Below, in pieces: positions 52,623 through 62,831 of a stretch of DNA of 64,000 nt (its first letter is position 1; every line of letters begins with the position of its first letter). Source of the DNA: Octopus sinensis (taxonomy: Eukaryota). Under the pieces are notes generated by a model. That model saw only the letters and a list, made by a program, of their open reading frames with translations, was not told the origin of the DNA and made no database searches. Position numbers and translations under genes: made by a program. Location of the stretch: positions 19,468,001 through 19,532,000 of the forward strand of contig NC_043002.1 of NCBI RefSeq assembly GCF_006345805.1. The letters run 5' to 3'.

Positions 52623-55600
52623 CGTAAAAAGCACCATCCGAACGTGGCTGATGCCAGCGCCACCTTGACTGCCTTCCATGCCGGTGGCACGTAAAAAGCA
52701 TCCACTACACTCATGGAGTGGTTGACATTAGGAAGGGCAGCCAGCTGTAGAAACACTGCCAGATCAGACTGGAGCCTGGTCCAGCCTCCTGACTTCCTAG
52801 ACCCTGGTTGAACCGTCCAATCCATGCTAGCATGGAAAACGGACGTTAAATGATGATGATATATAGCAGAATAATAAAAAGAAAGGTCTTGGTACAGTAT
52901 TATGTATTTGAAAAAATGAGTACAGATGACATTTTGGCGGGAAATAATTTCTATTTCAATAACAATGTCTGTATACATATATATATATATAAAATACAAA
53001 ATTGGGACAAGAACGCAAAACCTCCAGAAGACGATACAAAAAACACAGACGGGTCAATCTTCAGTCAAGAACTGGATCATCCTCGCAATTTCGGCTGATT
53101 AATCTTGAATTGATTGCTCTAATCTGGCCAGCCCCGAGGAAAAACCAAGCTAACAGCACCAGATACCTTGGAAAAAAGCTGCGAATGCATACGAAACAAG
53201 GAAGGAAGAGGAATTATCATTATTTACATTTGACAGATATTTGTCCTCATCTTGTTTGTTGTTAACACGTTTCAGCTGATATACCCTCCAGCCTTCATCA
53301 GGTGTCCTGGAATAATTTTGAACCTGGGTTCTCATTCCTAAGATATTTTTCAATGTTATTATTATTATTATTATCTTTCAGGTCACTGCCTGGAACCAAA
53401 CTCGGAATCTTGGGGTTAGTAGCCCGTACTCTTAACCACTACACCATATGCCCATGGGCAATTATGAAGTGAATTTTAGGGCTTATAAATCTTATATTTT
53501 CCTATCCTTCCTTAATACTGGTTCCCATATGCTACTCATATCTGCACTGGGTCTGTTTAGGAGGTTATTATGTCCTAGCATATGTGCGGCTTCTTTTAGT
53601 TTTCATATTTTCCAGTGTTCTCTGTCTATTATTTTAACTTCATCCCACAGGGGGAGGAAGTCTCTGTTTTTCTATAAATGATCAGCTATACCTGATTTAT
53701 CAATATCTCTTCATGTCACAGCTTTGTGATTTTCCTCTACCCTTATTTTGAGCGGGGAGCTGCATGTTTCACCTTTATATAACCTACCACAGCTGCATGG
53801 GATGGAGTACACACAGTCTTTGGTCATATTCTCTTCTATTGGTCCTTCTAATACTGTTCTGATGTCATATGGGCAGCATATGTTTTGTATCTTTTCGGAG
53901 ATGTTAAATGATGATGATGATGATGACATAAATCAGTGCATATATACTCATTATCATCATCAATCTGTTTTCGATGCTGGCATAGACTAAACAAATATCT
54001 ATCCACTCAACATGGCCTTACATCATCTGGAACACACAGTAACAGAAAAACCAGATATGTTTGTTGGCTATGTCATGTTTTTATGATGCTTTTTTTTTTA
54101 CAATTGGATCCCTTCTAGACACCAGCCATGTTACACTTGAACTTGAATATATTTCATTGTAGCACCAGAGAGATTGTGCCTTGCATATATATAAATATAT
54201 CGACTGGCTTCTGTGCTGGTGGCACATAAAAAGCACCATCCGAACGTGGCCGTTGCCAGCTCCGCCTTGGCTGGCTCCCGTGCCGGTGGCACGTTAAAAG
54301 CTCCAACCGATCGTGGCCGATGCCGGACCCCCCTGGCACCTGTGCAGGTGGCATGTTAAAAGCACCCACTACACTCGCGGAGTGGTTGGCGTTAGGAAGG
54401 GCATCCAGCTATAGAAACTCTGCCAGATCAGACTGGAGCCTGGTGCAGCCCCTGGCTTCTCAGACCCCGGTCGAACCGTCCAACCCATGCTAGCGCGGAA
54501 AATGGACGCTAAACGATGATGATGATGATGATGATATTAATAATAATAATTTTTAGGGAGTAAATCCAAACTTATATATATATATATATATTTATTTTTT
54601 TTTATGCACCCTTTTCAAGCCTAGCCAGGCTCATGGGCCCACTTTCTGTGGCGTATGTGTTCCCCCCAGTGTTACTCAAGAAACAGGAAGAAAGAGTTAG
54701 AGAAAGAGTACAATAGGGGTCGCCACCACCCCCTGCCGGAGCCTCATGGAGCTTTAGGTGTTTCCGCTCAATAAACACACACAATACCCAGTCTAGGAAT
54801 CAAAACTGTGATCCTCCGACCGCGAGTCCGCCGCCCTAACCACTGGGCCATATATATATACTCCATATATATATATACTATATATTTGTGAAAAGGGTGG
54901 ACATTTTCTCACAAGCAGTTGTAAAGGCAAAAGTGTTAGTAAATGTGGTTGGATTGACCTGAAAATTTGCACACCTATGTTAAAAGTGCTGGGGAGTTCG
55001 CTCAATTGCAAGGCGTGGCCTCTAGGGCAAAATTCCTCATCTTTAAAATGTTGCCTGAGTAGACCCAAATGAAATCGGGTTATAATACTAGTATATATAT
55101 ATGTATATATATAGGGAAGGAGGGAGGGGGAGAGAAAAAGAAAGAATTGAACTTATGCCGGGTTAAAACAAAAAAAAAATATTGGAAATGTTTTTGTGGT
55201 TGGTACTGTTGTGCATAGTTATGTTTTCAAAGAACTGAGTTCGCAAACCAGTTTCATTTCCCAGTGAATATCAATTCTATTATAAATATTAGGACTGTTC
55301 TTCACTAAAGTATGAAAATCACAAGCTTTTTCTTTAAAGAGTCTCTAGTTTCCTGCCTATGCAAAAACTTCTGCACATTTATTTTGCTATATTTATGTGT
55401 CTAAATACAAACAGCCATATCATGTTTTTTTTTTTTTTTTTTTTTCTACCCAACAGAGTAGATACCATTCTTGAAAACAAAGATGGCAGCAAATTGTATT
55501 TATCTCTCCAGTACACCCCTCTGGCACCAATTAAACTCGAATCAAGCATAAAAGATGAACAGGTCATAAAAGATGGTAAGAGTTTCTATTTCTTTTTTTC

Positions 55601-58600
55601 CTGCATATATTTTGTGTGTTCTGATGTACTGTTTTTAAGTTACTTACTATCTTTTACATGCAATACCTGTTTCATATTCCAACAAAATTACTCTTGTTTC
55701 CAGCCTGTAAACTCAAGGAGGATTTTCTACATTCAGGTAGTCACTCAATAACCTTGTGGGAATTTATAAACATTATTAAAATGTGGCAGAATATATTCAT
55801 AGTGTTTGGAGCTGTGACAGTGTTAACAATAATAAATTATATTGTTTTTGAATGCTGAAATTAAATGTGATAGTTTCAAATGTCTCTGGTGACTCAGATT
55901 GTTTGATATCTGTTGGCATGATGAGTTATCATTTTCATATCTATTTTTCAAACTGGGATTGGGTTAACCAAGTCTTCCAAACAGTATATCACCACTGTTT
56001 ATAATATTCTATTGTCTCATTTATAAGGCATTGATTTTTCATCTCCAAATCCTCCTGTGTTTTGCTCATGTATTCTCCACTTTCAACCCACAACATTTTT
56101 ATCCTTGGTACCTATTTTTTATTTGCATCACACTTCCATACCAGTACAGTCATGTCATTAACATTATCCTTCACCCAATAACATCACTATTTTTACTTTC
56201 TCTTCTCTCTGAAATAAAGAGTAAATGTCTGCTTTAAATAAACTTTTCACTTTCATAATATCTCATTTTGTTCCCCAATAATTCATCAGTCATTTAGGCA
56301 TGAATAGGGTCAGTGTTCTAGATATCTAAATTATTTTTAGTTCCTATCAGTGGGTTTGTTATTTTGTTTTCTCTATTTTTTCTAATTGGTAGTTATAAAA
56401 GTATAATTTTTAAATATTCACCCTCCTCCCCCTCATACACACAAACACATTTATTTATATCAAATAAGCTGAACATTATAATGGAAATCAATTTCATTAC
56501 ATTTGTGAATATATTTAAAGTATTTTGCAATTTGCACCAGGAGAGGTATCCTATCATATCATACAGCTTCAAGAACTCTCATCCACCTCATAACCTCATG
56601 CAAAAAGCAGATGTAGAAATGATGATGATGACGTTTTACATTGTCATATTTATGAATTGTTCTATGTAATGAGGTTAATTATGTGGAAGAGAGAACAATA
56701 ACAAACAGATATCAAAATATATTTATGAAACCATCATGACTTTTGTCACACTGTGACAAAAGTCATAATGTTTGCTTTTATGTGAGAGGAAGAAGTGGGA
56801 GGAATGTTATTGTTACTTTTCTAAATAATTAGCTGTTGCTTTAATATTTTTATTAAATTATTTGGATGGGTGGCATAACTGGGGCCAATATTTAGGACAG
56901 TATTTATTTGCTGAGGAAGATCTTTACACTTATTGGAAAATCAATGAAAATATACATAATTTTTTAAATGGCAGCTGGCACATGGAGCTATTAAATGTTT
57001 GTAGGCGTGAATATAATATATATGCTGCCATCATTACCATCATCAATTTACCGCTAATCCATTTTTTATCAAGAGACACCACTCCCATTGATTGGTGTTC
57101 ATACATGTCATTTGAGTTCCTTGTTTGTTATGGTTAGATGTCCTTCATAGTGCGAATTACTTTTAAGAGTGTGTTGGATGCTTTTTCTCATAGCATCAAT
57201 ACTAGAGGAGTTGAACAGTCCTCAGCAAGACAGAACTAAATGAAGCTCACGACCCTGTTCTTTCCTTGACAACCAGTTTACATTGTATAGTGCATTTGTC
57301 ACAGCATCAGCACTAGATTGGTTGTCTTGCTCACCAATCACTGTAGAGGGAGCACTAAAGGGCAGTTTCCATCATGGAACCAACAGACTAGGTATGCCTT
57401 GTACACAGTAAATGTAAAGAGTACTCAATAATCTAAAGTATGTAAACTGAGCAGAGGAATAGAAGAAAGACAGAGATAGTGATGACTGCAGAAAGGCCAG
57501 GAAAGGGTGGCTGAGAGTGGGGAGAGACAGGGATGTAAATGTAGTCAATAACATCAAGCATGTACATTTGTTCAGATGGCCAAAGAAAAGAATAGGAGAG
57601 AAATCAGTGACAATCCAAGGACCATAATAAGTATGATAGAAAAGCTGAGTTATTTGGGTGCAGTCAGGAAGGGAAGTGATTGGCAATAGATGTAGACAAA
57701 GGTGAGGGTGAGTGATGAGATAAATGCAAGAGTAGGTGATAGGTAGATATAGAAGTAGCCTAGAGAAGAGAGAGTGATGACTGGCAGTACAGAATGGCCA
57801 AGTTAGAGTGTATTGGCTAAGGGTAGTGAGCAGCCTAATGCAGTCTGTTATACATGGTAAAGGGTAAGCGAGTTGGAGAAATGAGAGAGAGAAAGCTATA
57901 AGCTATAAAGAGGCAGGCAAAAGACAAGGTGAGCAATAGATTGATTAGAGTAGGGAGCAAGGTTGCAATGTGATAAAGCAACAGACATAGGCTTGATAGG
58001 GTACAAATATCAACTCCTAAATGTTATCATGTCAGGGTACATTTTTCCATGGAAAGTCAGGTCTTCTACCACACAGTGTATCACCAGTTAGAATGGTCTG
58101 TTGTCTTTGAACAAAAACAAGGGCAATGTACTGAATGCTGTTCTCCGTAAATTCTTAATTTTTTAAAACTTGCCTTATATACAAAGAAGGAAAACAAAAA
58201 AAAAAACCTAACACTTACTTTAGCAGCTCTGAATTATGAAGGGAAGTAACTTCAATGATTATGAAGAAATTTGAATTTGAATTACTAGGACAAATGGATC
58301 TCTATTTCAGAGACAAAGGACAGCTATGAACACATTGTTCAACTTTGATTCGACCTCATCTGCATAGCTTTGCCCTTACTTGTCTCCTATAAGTTTTAGA
58401 CAATTTAACATATTCAAAAAGCCTTTAGTGCATTTCTTGGCCAAGGGTAATTTGCCTAATTAAAACCTAAAGGAGCTAAAAGGAGCTCTACTCAAAGGAA
58501 CTAGTGTCATGAATTTGGATAACAAAGCCAAGGGGAATCTACTGATTGTCGTAGTTGATAAATTCGTAATTTCTTTTAAAACTTTTCCTGTAGATTGAAA

Positions 58601-59945
58601 AGAACAAAAAATTAGCCACAATTGATAGCAACTCTGAATGAGAATGAAAAATCATTCCAAGAAATTAAGAATAAATACAAGGTTGAATTAACATTATCAT
58701 AAGCACAAAGAACAGCAAAAATCATAATGATGACATGCATGTTCTTTCCAGATATTTTCAAACAGATTTGAATATTAATATGTTAATCATTGTTATAGTG
58801 TTCACAACGCACCAGAATCATTGATGTAAGGGGACTTTGAGACACTGGTGTTTCTATCCAGTTGTGTCTCTTCAGTCCTGTGCCAGTTTATGACCATATA
58901 CAAATGAAATAAATCATTAGAAACAAAATAAGGGAGATGGTGATGACATAGTCAGTAGCAAGTCAGAACAAGAGATGTTAAACTAACCTAAATTTGAAAC
59001 ATAATTTTTCTTAAATTTTACATAGCCCTAGTTCTGCTTTCTTTGCTTCTTTCTTTTCTTTGTAAATTTAGTACTCAAAAGATATTGTAATCTATTAAAT
59101 CAAGTATATCTCTCACCAATTACAAAACTTATCTTCTATTCATAGCAATCTTTATTTCACTTTTGTTACTGCTCTTGGGAAATCATGAATGTTTCAACTT
59201 CCCGTTTCTTTCCAGTTTTCTTCTCCCACAATCCAACCAAGATTTTATATCTAAAGTAGAATATTACCCTGTGTGACAAATGGTTAATTGTTAAGGCATG
59301 ATCCAATAAAGAAGTCTATATGTAATAAATCAAGCTGCTAGAAATAAAATCTGGAATACTTTTCATCAATTCTATCAGGGCTGACCAATAAAATAACAAC
59401 AAATAATTGCTTGACCTTTAGTGGTCAGATGTATCCATTAGTGGGTGATTGTCTCTGTTGACTTGTTTTTAAGTAAGGAAGGAAAAGTTTGTCATGTAAT
59501 TCATGTAACATTTATGACAACCTGACATGATTATTCTTATTTGTGTTCAATTTCAGTGGCTGGTGTTCTATATGTCCATATCCATGGTGCTACTAATCTA
59601 CTAGCAGCTGACAAAAATGGTACCTCTGACCCCTATTGTGTTGTTTTCTCAGAAAGAAGAAGAGTAAGCACTTAAATTTTGATTTTCGGCCTTGTTCTTG
59701 TCGTAATTGATAGGTTGAAGATATGTTATATTAAAACAAGTAAATCCTTCTTTTATAGAATCATTGGGCTCTTGAAAATGTTGTCATAATGTGGTGTTCT
59801 ATTACAAAAACATTTTCCTTATTAATTCTTTGTTCATTAACTTCTGTATAAAAGGAAGTCAGTAGGAAAATAGATTTTGCATTTTAGAGTTTCACATTAC
59901 AGCATCATTTTCAGGATCACAACACTTTTGTAATGCAGAAGATGC

Positions 59946-59980
<35 letters not shown>

Positions 59981-60548
59981 GACATATATATGCACATACA
60001 TACACACATTTACACACTGATTTTAAAGGTCTCTATATATTAGTAAAGGTGGGATTTTGTTTAAGAAATACATCATCAGTCTTAAGAATATATCTATTAT
60101 ATTTACAGATTTTTTACTGTTTTTTTTGTTGTTGTATAATTACTATTACTATATATTATGATTATAATAATCATTTAGTGGATTGTGTTGTACTGTATAA
60201 TTTTTATAACATTTAAAATAAGGCCCTTGTTGGTTCAATAAGTTTGATTGCCATGAGTAGTGCAAAATATCATACATTTTGGTCACATATCCTTTGGCTA
60301 AGTGACCAAAAATGACCAGAGAAATGGTCATTCTTGAGCTAGATAAATATAAAAGAATAGGTTAAAAGTGTAGGGACAAAAATTGGAGGAGGAGGTGATC
60401 ACAGTGAATGAAAGATGTAGAATGTAGGCGTGGGAGAAGATAGCAAGGAGCAGTGGTTGGTATAAGATGTGGGTATGTGGTAATTGATGTGATAGATACT
60501 GGGAGGAAGACCAGGCCTTGTGCCTTTAGTAGGAAGGATTATTATTAA

Positions 60549-60583
<35 letters not shown>

Positions 60584-62177
60584 GAGAGTGGCAAGCTGGC
60601 AGAATTGTTAGCACACTGAATGAAATGCTTAGCAGTATTTCGACCATCGCTATCTTCTGAGTTCAAATTTCGCCAAGGTTGACTTTGCCTTTCATCCTTT
60701 CAGAGTCGATTACATAAGTACCAGTTACACACTGGAATCGATGTAATAAACTTAATTCCTTCCCCCAAATTTGAGGCTTTGTGGTGCTTCCAGTAGAAAG
60801 GATTATTATTATCATTATTATTATTGAGTGAGAGAGCAGTGCATGCCATCAAAATGACACTGGGGTAAAAAATAAGAAGCCGATTATACCCATCATAACT
60901 ACCCATCTCATAAAGGTGCACCAGGCACATGCATCACAACCATATGTGCGCGACATGATTTCATATCAAGATAAACAGTGCATGACCTTGCAGGTGGGGC
61001 CCAGTTAGAATTTTCTTCAGGTCGAGTAGCCCATCCTGTTCAAAAGGTCCCTGAATAAGGGTTGTGAACAAAACACTCATGTTTCCAAGGGTGAATTATT
61101 CGAATCCCTCTCAACACATGGCTACGATGCTCCCCCACTACTTCTGCTCGTGATCAGAGATGCACATATCGTCATCCACTAAGGGACATGCTCAACTGGT
61201 TAAGGTCTATTATTATTATTAACTGCACAAAATCTTGAGATCACTCTTGTGAACAGTAATCTGACAAAATGCATTTGACAATCTACATCTTGTATGAAGG
61301 TGTGTAGTTTAGTGGTTAGGGTATTTGACTTACAGTTGTAAGGGCGGAAGTTTGATTCTTGGCAGTGCATTGTGTCCTTGAGCAAGACATTTTATTTCAC
61401 ACTGTTCCAGTCCACTTAGCTGGCAAAATTTAGTAGTACCTGTATTTCAAAAGGCCAGCCTTGTCACACTCTCTGTCATACTGAATCTCCTTGGAGTATG
61501 TGTGTCTGTGGAGTATTCATTCACTTGCTTATTAATTTCACAAGCAGGCTGTTCTGTTGATCAGATCAACTGGAACCCTCCTTGTTATAACCGACAGAGT
61601 ACCAGTTGTTCTTGTTACTTACATCTTGATTATATCTTAAATAGAGAAGAAACAAACCCACCAAAATGCATAAATAATTAAATGAAAGGAAATGTTGTAA
61701 ATTTAGTTTAATATAGAATTTCTGTTTCACTCCACCAGAGTTCTAATGTGATTTGTAATATTCATGCATTATTTATGATTAATACTTATCATAATTGTTT
61801 TTAGATGCTAGGTTGTTAAATAGATAAATTGCCCACTTGATGTGCGAGATAACAATTTATTGAAGTAGTATTGCTGAAATTCAGTGAGTTCCAATAAAGC
61901 TTTGTGAGTTCAATCATAACCTAAATATGATGTGTGTAGATATATATCACCTGAAGTTTGATAAAAAATATACTAGTAAAATGCCAGGCAAATAAATACT
62001 TGAAATCATATAAGTGATACTTCATTCAATGTTTAATAGTCTAAGGACAAAATCAGTGATGTCATTCTAAAATAAATTTTTCTTTTATTCTAGATTGTTA
62101 CCACTCCATATGTTCCACGATCTTTAAATCCAAGATGGGAAACCTATTCTGAGTTTTTTGTTAAAGATTTCACTAAG
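27269..62177 (+). CDS. Partial multi-exon gene: SMP (TULIP) lipid-transfer domain followed by C2A and the start of C2B; extended-synaptotagmin/tricalbin-like membrane-contact-site protein (11 exons seen; 5' and 3' exons missing)
   Basis: The exons splice in phase via GT-AG to WVFSSTSIQDLVKRRLDDRMMNIKPAFLKQLELLTFSLGINTPTVRHIRVFEY...VVVEVDVDM...IGFNVAIEELTIRGTLQINLDMSMDTPFPHFSKATVYFTETPDVWFNISVMGGLQVMEMPLLKTWIHTHVKEGITKALVDPAKLDVSL (SMP hallmarks: L..F.LG..P, PFP, P.V.F, MEMPLL..WI, LVDP). Then AQGVLTIHIKG...NWEDLCSFLVSD...KLYLSLQYTP (C2A) and GVLYVHIHGATNLLAADKNGTSDPYCVV...SLNPRWE (C2B). Orthology is not established, so no symbol is given. Confidence 0.93.
33830..34168 (-). mobile_element. tRNA-headed SINE family C (related copy on + at about 61295-61600)
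   Basis: Minus strand GGCGCATGGCTCAGTGGTTAGAGCG...GAGTTTGAATCCC (A/B boxes), then GTGTTCTTGAGCAAGACACTTTATTTCA, shared with the 61370-61400 copy. Confidence 0.7.
34798..34884. repeat. (CT)n(AT)n(AG)n compound microsatellite; other long microsatellites at 5931-5990, 8808-8858, 9722-9783, 35073-35130, 44150-44195, 51155-51210, 52580-52618
   Basis: Seen directly. Confidence 0.97.
34952..34986 (+). ncRNA. Degenerate hammerhead-like motif
   Basis: CUGUAGA-A-GAGC(GUAG)GCUC-GAA-ACGU-A-AAA: perfect stem II, palindromic stem III, GUA triplet; core A6 is U; only a 3-bp U/A stem I. Confidence 0.5.
38550..38800 (-). mobile_element. Possible very old L2/Crack-like LINE RT C-terminal remnant in a purine-rich block (37870-38900; similar block at 57350-57900)
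   Basis: YDPLALLWPIYKRLHWNTLSTQHARFVLQYYQTITSLLGYL loosely resembles the L2 S..L..L.WL....R.......K.....P.YL pattern. Confidence 0.3.
39289..39529 (+). CDS. Exon B (241 nt, phase 1 to 2): QLELLTFSLGINTPTVRHIR...FKVGLGAR
   Basis: Acceptor ttttctag, donor gtcagt; lies within ORF 39063..39593; SMP motif L..FSLG..P. Confidence 0.92.
40420..41050 (+). mobile_element. 5'-truncated RTE-clade LINE with a tandem-unit 3'UTR and (GAT)n tail; further copies at 33180-33440, 50820-51160, 52615-52860, 54195-54535, 9800-10000, 48985-49140, 7177-7294 (+) and 48220-48400 (-)
   Basis: The 5' part encodes DLRKYAVLEKTRQAQ (50820 copy: LSLTEAM...), typical of RTE ORF ends. Shared tail: CACTACACTC.CGGAGTGGTTGGC.TTAGGAAGGGCATCCAGC...CCAACCCATGCTAGCATGGAAAGCGGACGTTAAAC(GAT)n. 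Confidence 0.8.
42639..42761 (+). CDS. Exon C (123 nt, phase 2 to 2): IGFNVAIEELTIRGTLQINLDMSMDTPFPHFSKATVYFTE
   Basis: Acceptor tttcttgtttcttttcag, donor gtaagt; SMP G.L...PFP...F.E motif. Confidence 0.93.
45438..45544 (+). CDS. Exon D (107 nt, phase 2 to 1): PDVWFNISVMGGLQVMEMPLLKTWIHTHVKEGITK
   Basis: Acceptor cctcttctgtttcag, donor gttagt; SMP C-terminal motif. Confidence 0.93.
46126..46212 (+). CDS. Exon E (87 nt, phase 1 to 1): LVDPAKLDVSLASVGPVQYQRSMVKRQC
   Basis: Acceptor tttcattccttttccag, donor gtgagt; end of SMP (LVDP..L.V.L) plus linker. Confidence 0.9.
46528..46736. repeat. (ATT)n array with periodic ATC interruptions
   Basis: About 208 bp; source of the poly-Ile ORFs. Confidence 0.97.
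47995..48045 (+). CDS. Exon F (51 nt, phase 1 to 1): QGVLTIHIKGYPKPNI
   Basis: Acceptor catttcatatccag, donor gtaagt; first beta strand of C2A (GVL.I.I). Confidence 0.87.
48452..48959 (+). mobile_element. Non-autonomous Helitron inserted in a (TA)n tract
   Basis: 3' end has an imperfect hairpin CCCGAGCAACGCCGGG (48931-48946), an 8-nt spacer, then CTAG|T (48955-48959). The body is GC-richer than the flanks; (TA)n lies on both sides. Confidence 0.75.
50071..50204 (+). CDS. Exon G (134 nt, phase 1 to 0): NGLDDVVYTVLRLSDHKRQCPEVYDSQNWEDLCSFLVSDLATDK
   Basis: Acceptor cctcttattttattgcag, donor gttagt; C2A core (W.E..SFLV.D). Confidence 0.9.
51225..51900 (+). mobile_element. Three tandem copies of a tRNA-headed SINE (family A). 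Other copies: + at 2621-2840, 13663-14070, 30372-30515, 44779-45010, 46740-47135, 60585-60815; - at 17668-17884, 29383-30058 (x3), 36440-36603, 47372-47560
   Basis: Shared about 210-bp unit: GGC.AGCTGGCAGAAT.GTTAGC...GAGTTCAAATTC.GC.GAGGTCGACTTTGCCTTTCATCCTTT.GGGGTC.ATAAA.TAAGTACCAG...(ATT)n, with A/B-box-like head. Confidence 0.85.
51997..52094 (+). CDS. Exon H (98 nt, phase 0 to 2): LHLKYKCKRLLTSVTLEEHEILLSQYPFQIKG
   Basis: Acceptor tttcgatttttcag, donor gtaagt; phase bridges exons G and I exactly (GA+A=Glu). Confidence 0.87.
53215..53902 (-). mobile_element. Penelope-like retroelement 3' end: GIY-YIG endonuclease remnant plus terminal-repeat region
   Basis: DCVYSIPCSCGRLYKGETC...LKIRVEENHKAV..RDIDKSGIADHL*...WDEVKIIDREHWKI*KLKEAAHMLGHNNLLNRPSADMSSIWEPVL matches the PLE GIY-YIG signature (VY.IPC.CG..Y.GET, KS.IA.H, KEA, LNR, W.PVL). 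Followed by a tRNA-like module and a hammerhead motif. Confidence 0.88.
53260..53306 (-). ncRNA. Type I hammerhead-ribozyme-like motif (PLE type), probably damaged
   Basis: Minus strand GACAC-CUGAUGA-A-GGCUG(gaggguauau)CAGCU-GAA-ACGU-GUUAAC: intact core, 5-bp stem II, palindromic ACGU stem III; the nucleotide at the cleavage position is G. Confidence 0.7.
54605..54850 (-). mobile_element. tRNA-headed SINE (fourth family)
   Basis: Minus strand TGGCCCAGTGGTTAGGGCGGCGGACTCGCGGTCGGAGGATCACAGTTTTGATTCC: tRNA-like A box, anticodon arm and B box, followed by a non-tRNA body. Confidence 0.55.
54886..55092 (+). mobile_element. Short Helitron 3' fragment
   Basis: Hairpin ACCCAAATGAAATCGGGT (55063-55080), 7-nt spacer, CTAG|T (55088-55092); TA-repeat flanks. 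Confidence 0.6.
55457..55575 (+). CDS. Exon I (119 nt, phase 2 to 1): VDTILENKDGSKLYLSLQYTPLAPIKLESSIKDEQVIKD
   Basis: Long T-tract acceptor ending cccaacag, donor gtaaga; last C2A strand (G.KLYLSLQY.P). Confidence 0.9.
59557..59663 (+). CDS. Exon J (107 nt, phase 1 to 0): AGVLYVHIHGATNLLAADKNGTSDPYCVVFSERRR
   Basis: Acceptor gtgttcaatttcag, donor gtaagc; canonical C2 start with D-x5-D-P-Y. Confidence 0.94.
62094..62177 (+). CDS. Exon K (84 nt, phase 0 to 0): IVTTPYVPRSLNPRWETYSEFFVKDFTK
   Basis: Acceptor tttttcttttattctag, donor gtacaa; canonical C2 T......LNP.W.E motif. Confidence 0.93.
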
Positions 62178-62831
62178 GTACAATGCTTTTCACATCTTCA
62201 TTTTTTTCAAATTATTTTATATCATATCCTTTAATTTCATCATCATCAAAGGTTTTGATAATTTTCTTTTATACTTTAATTCTTTTTTGGAAATTTTAAA
62301 AATTGCTGGTGGGAAAAATTTTACAACTCTAATTACTCACCCATAAACTAGTTTCTGTTAGCTCTTTACTATATTGCGGAAAGTAGAACAGAGACCAGAG
62401 ACCAGAACCATGTCAACTGGATGTTTGTGCAAAACATGACACAAAACATTGTTAATGCTCTAATTTTTATTTAATGAAATAAAAATGAAGAAATTTGTTA
62501 CAGATTTTGAATTTTTACTTTCAATATAGATACTCTAGAAACAAAAAATGAGAAGTTGATTTTCTGTAAATAAATATGCAAATTTGTTTGAACATTTGTA
62601 GGTTCTGACATCTGCCATATAACAGCCATATTAGTATGAAATACATATGCAAAACTCACCTGTCACTTGTGAATCATTAACTATAGAAAATGCTTATAAC
62701 AGTTAATTTTATTTGTAAATAAATCATAGCTTTCAGTTGATTTTGTGTAAATGAATATATGAATTAACTTGAACAGGTTGTACAGGTTCCAATACCTGCC
62801 TTACCACATCCAAAATAGCATAGAAAATATC

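Noticed and set aside
53381-53453. Functional tRNA gene (ACT anticodon)
   Set aside because: Acceptor and T stems are mispaired, the B box is mutated, and it is embedded in a retroelement; the same applies to all SINE heads
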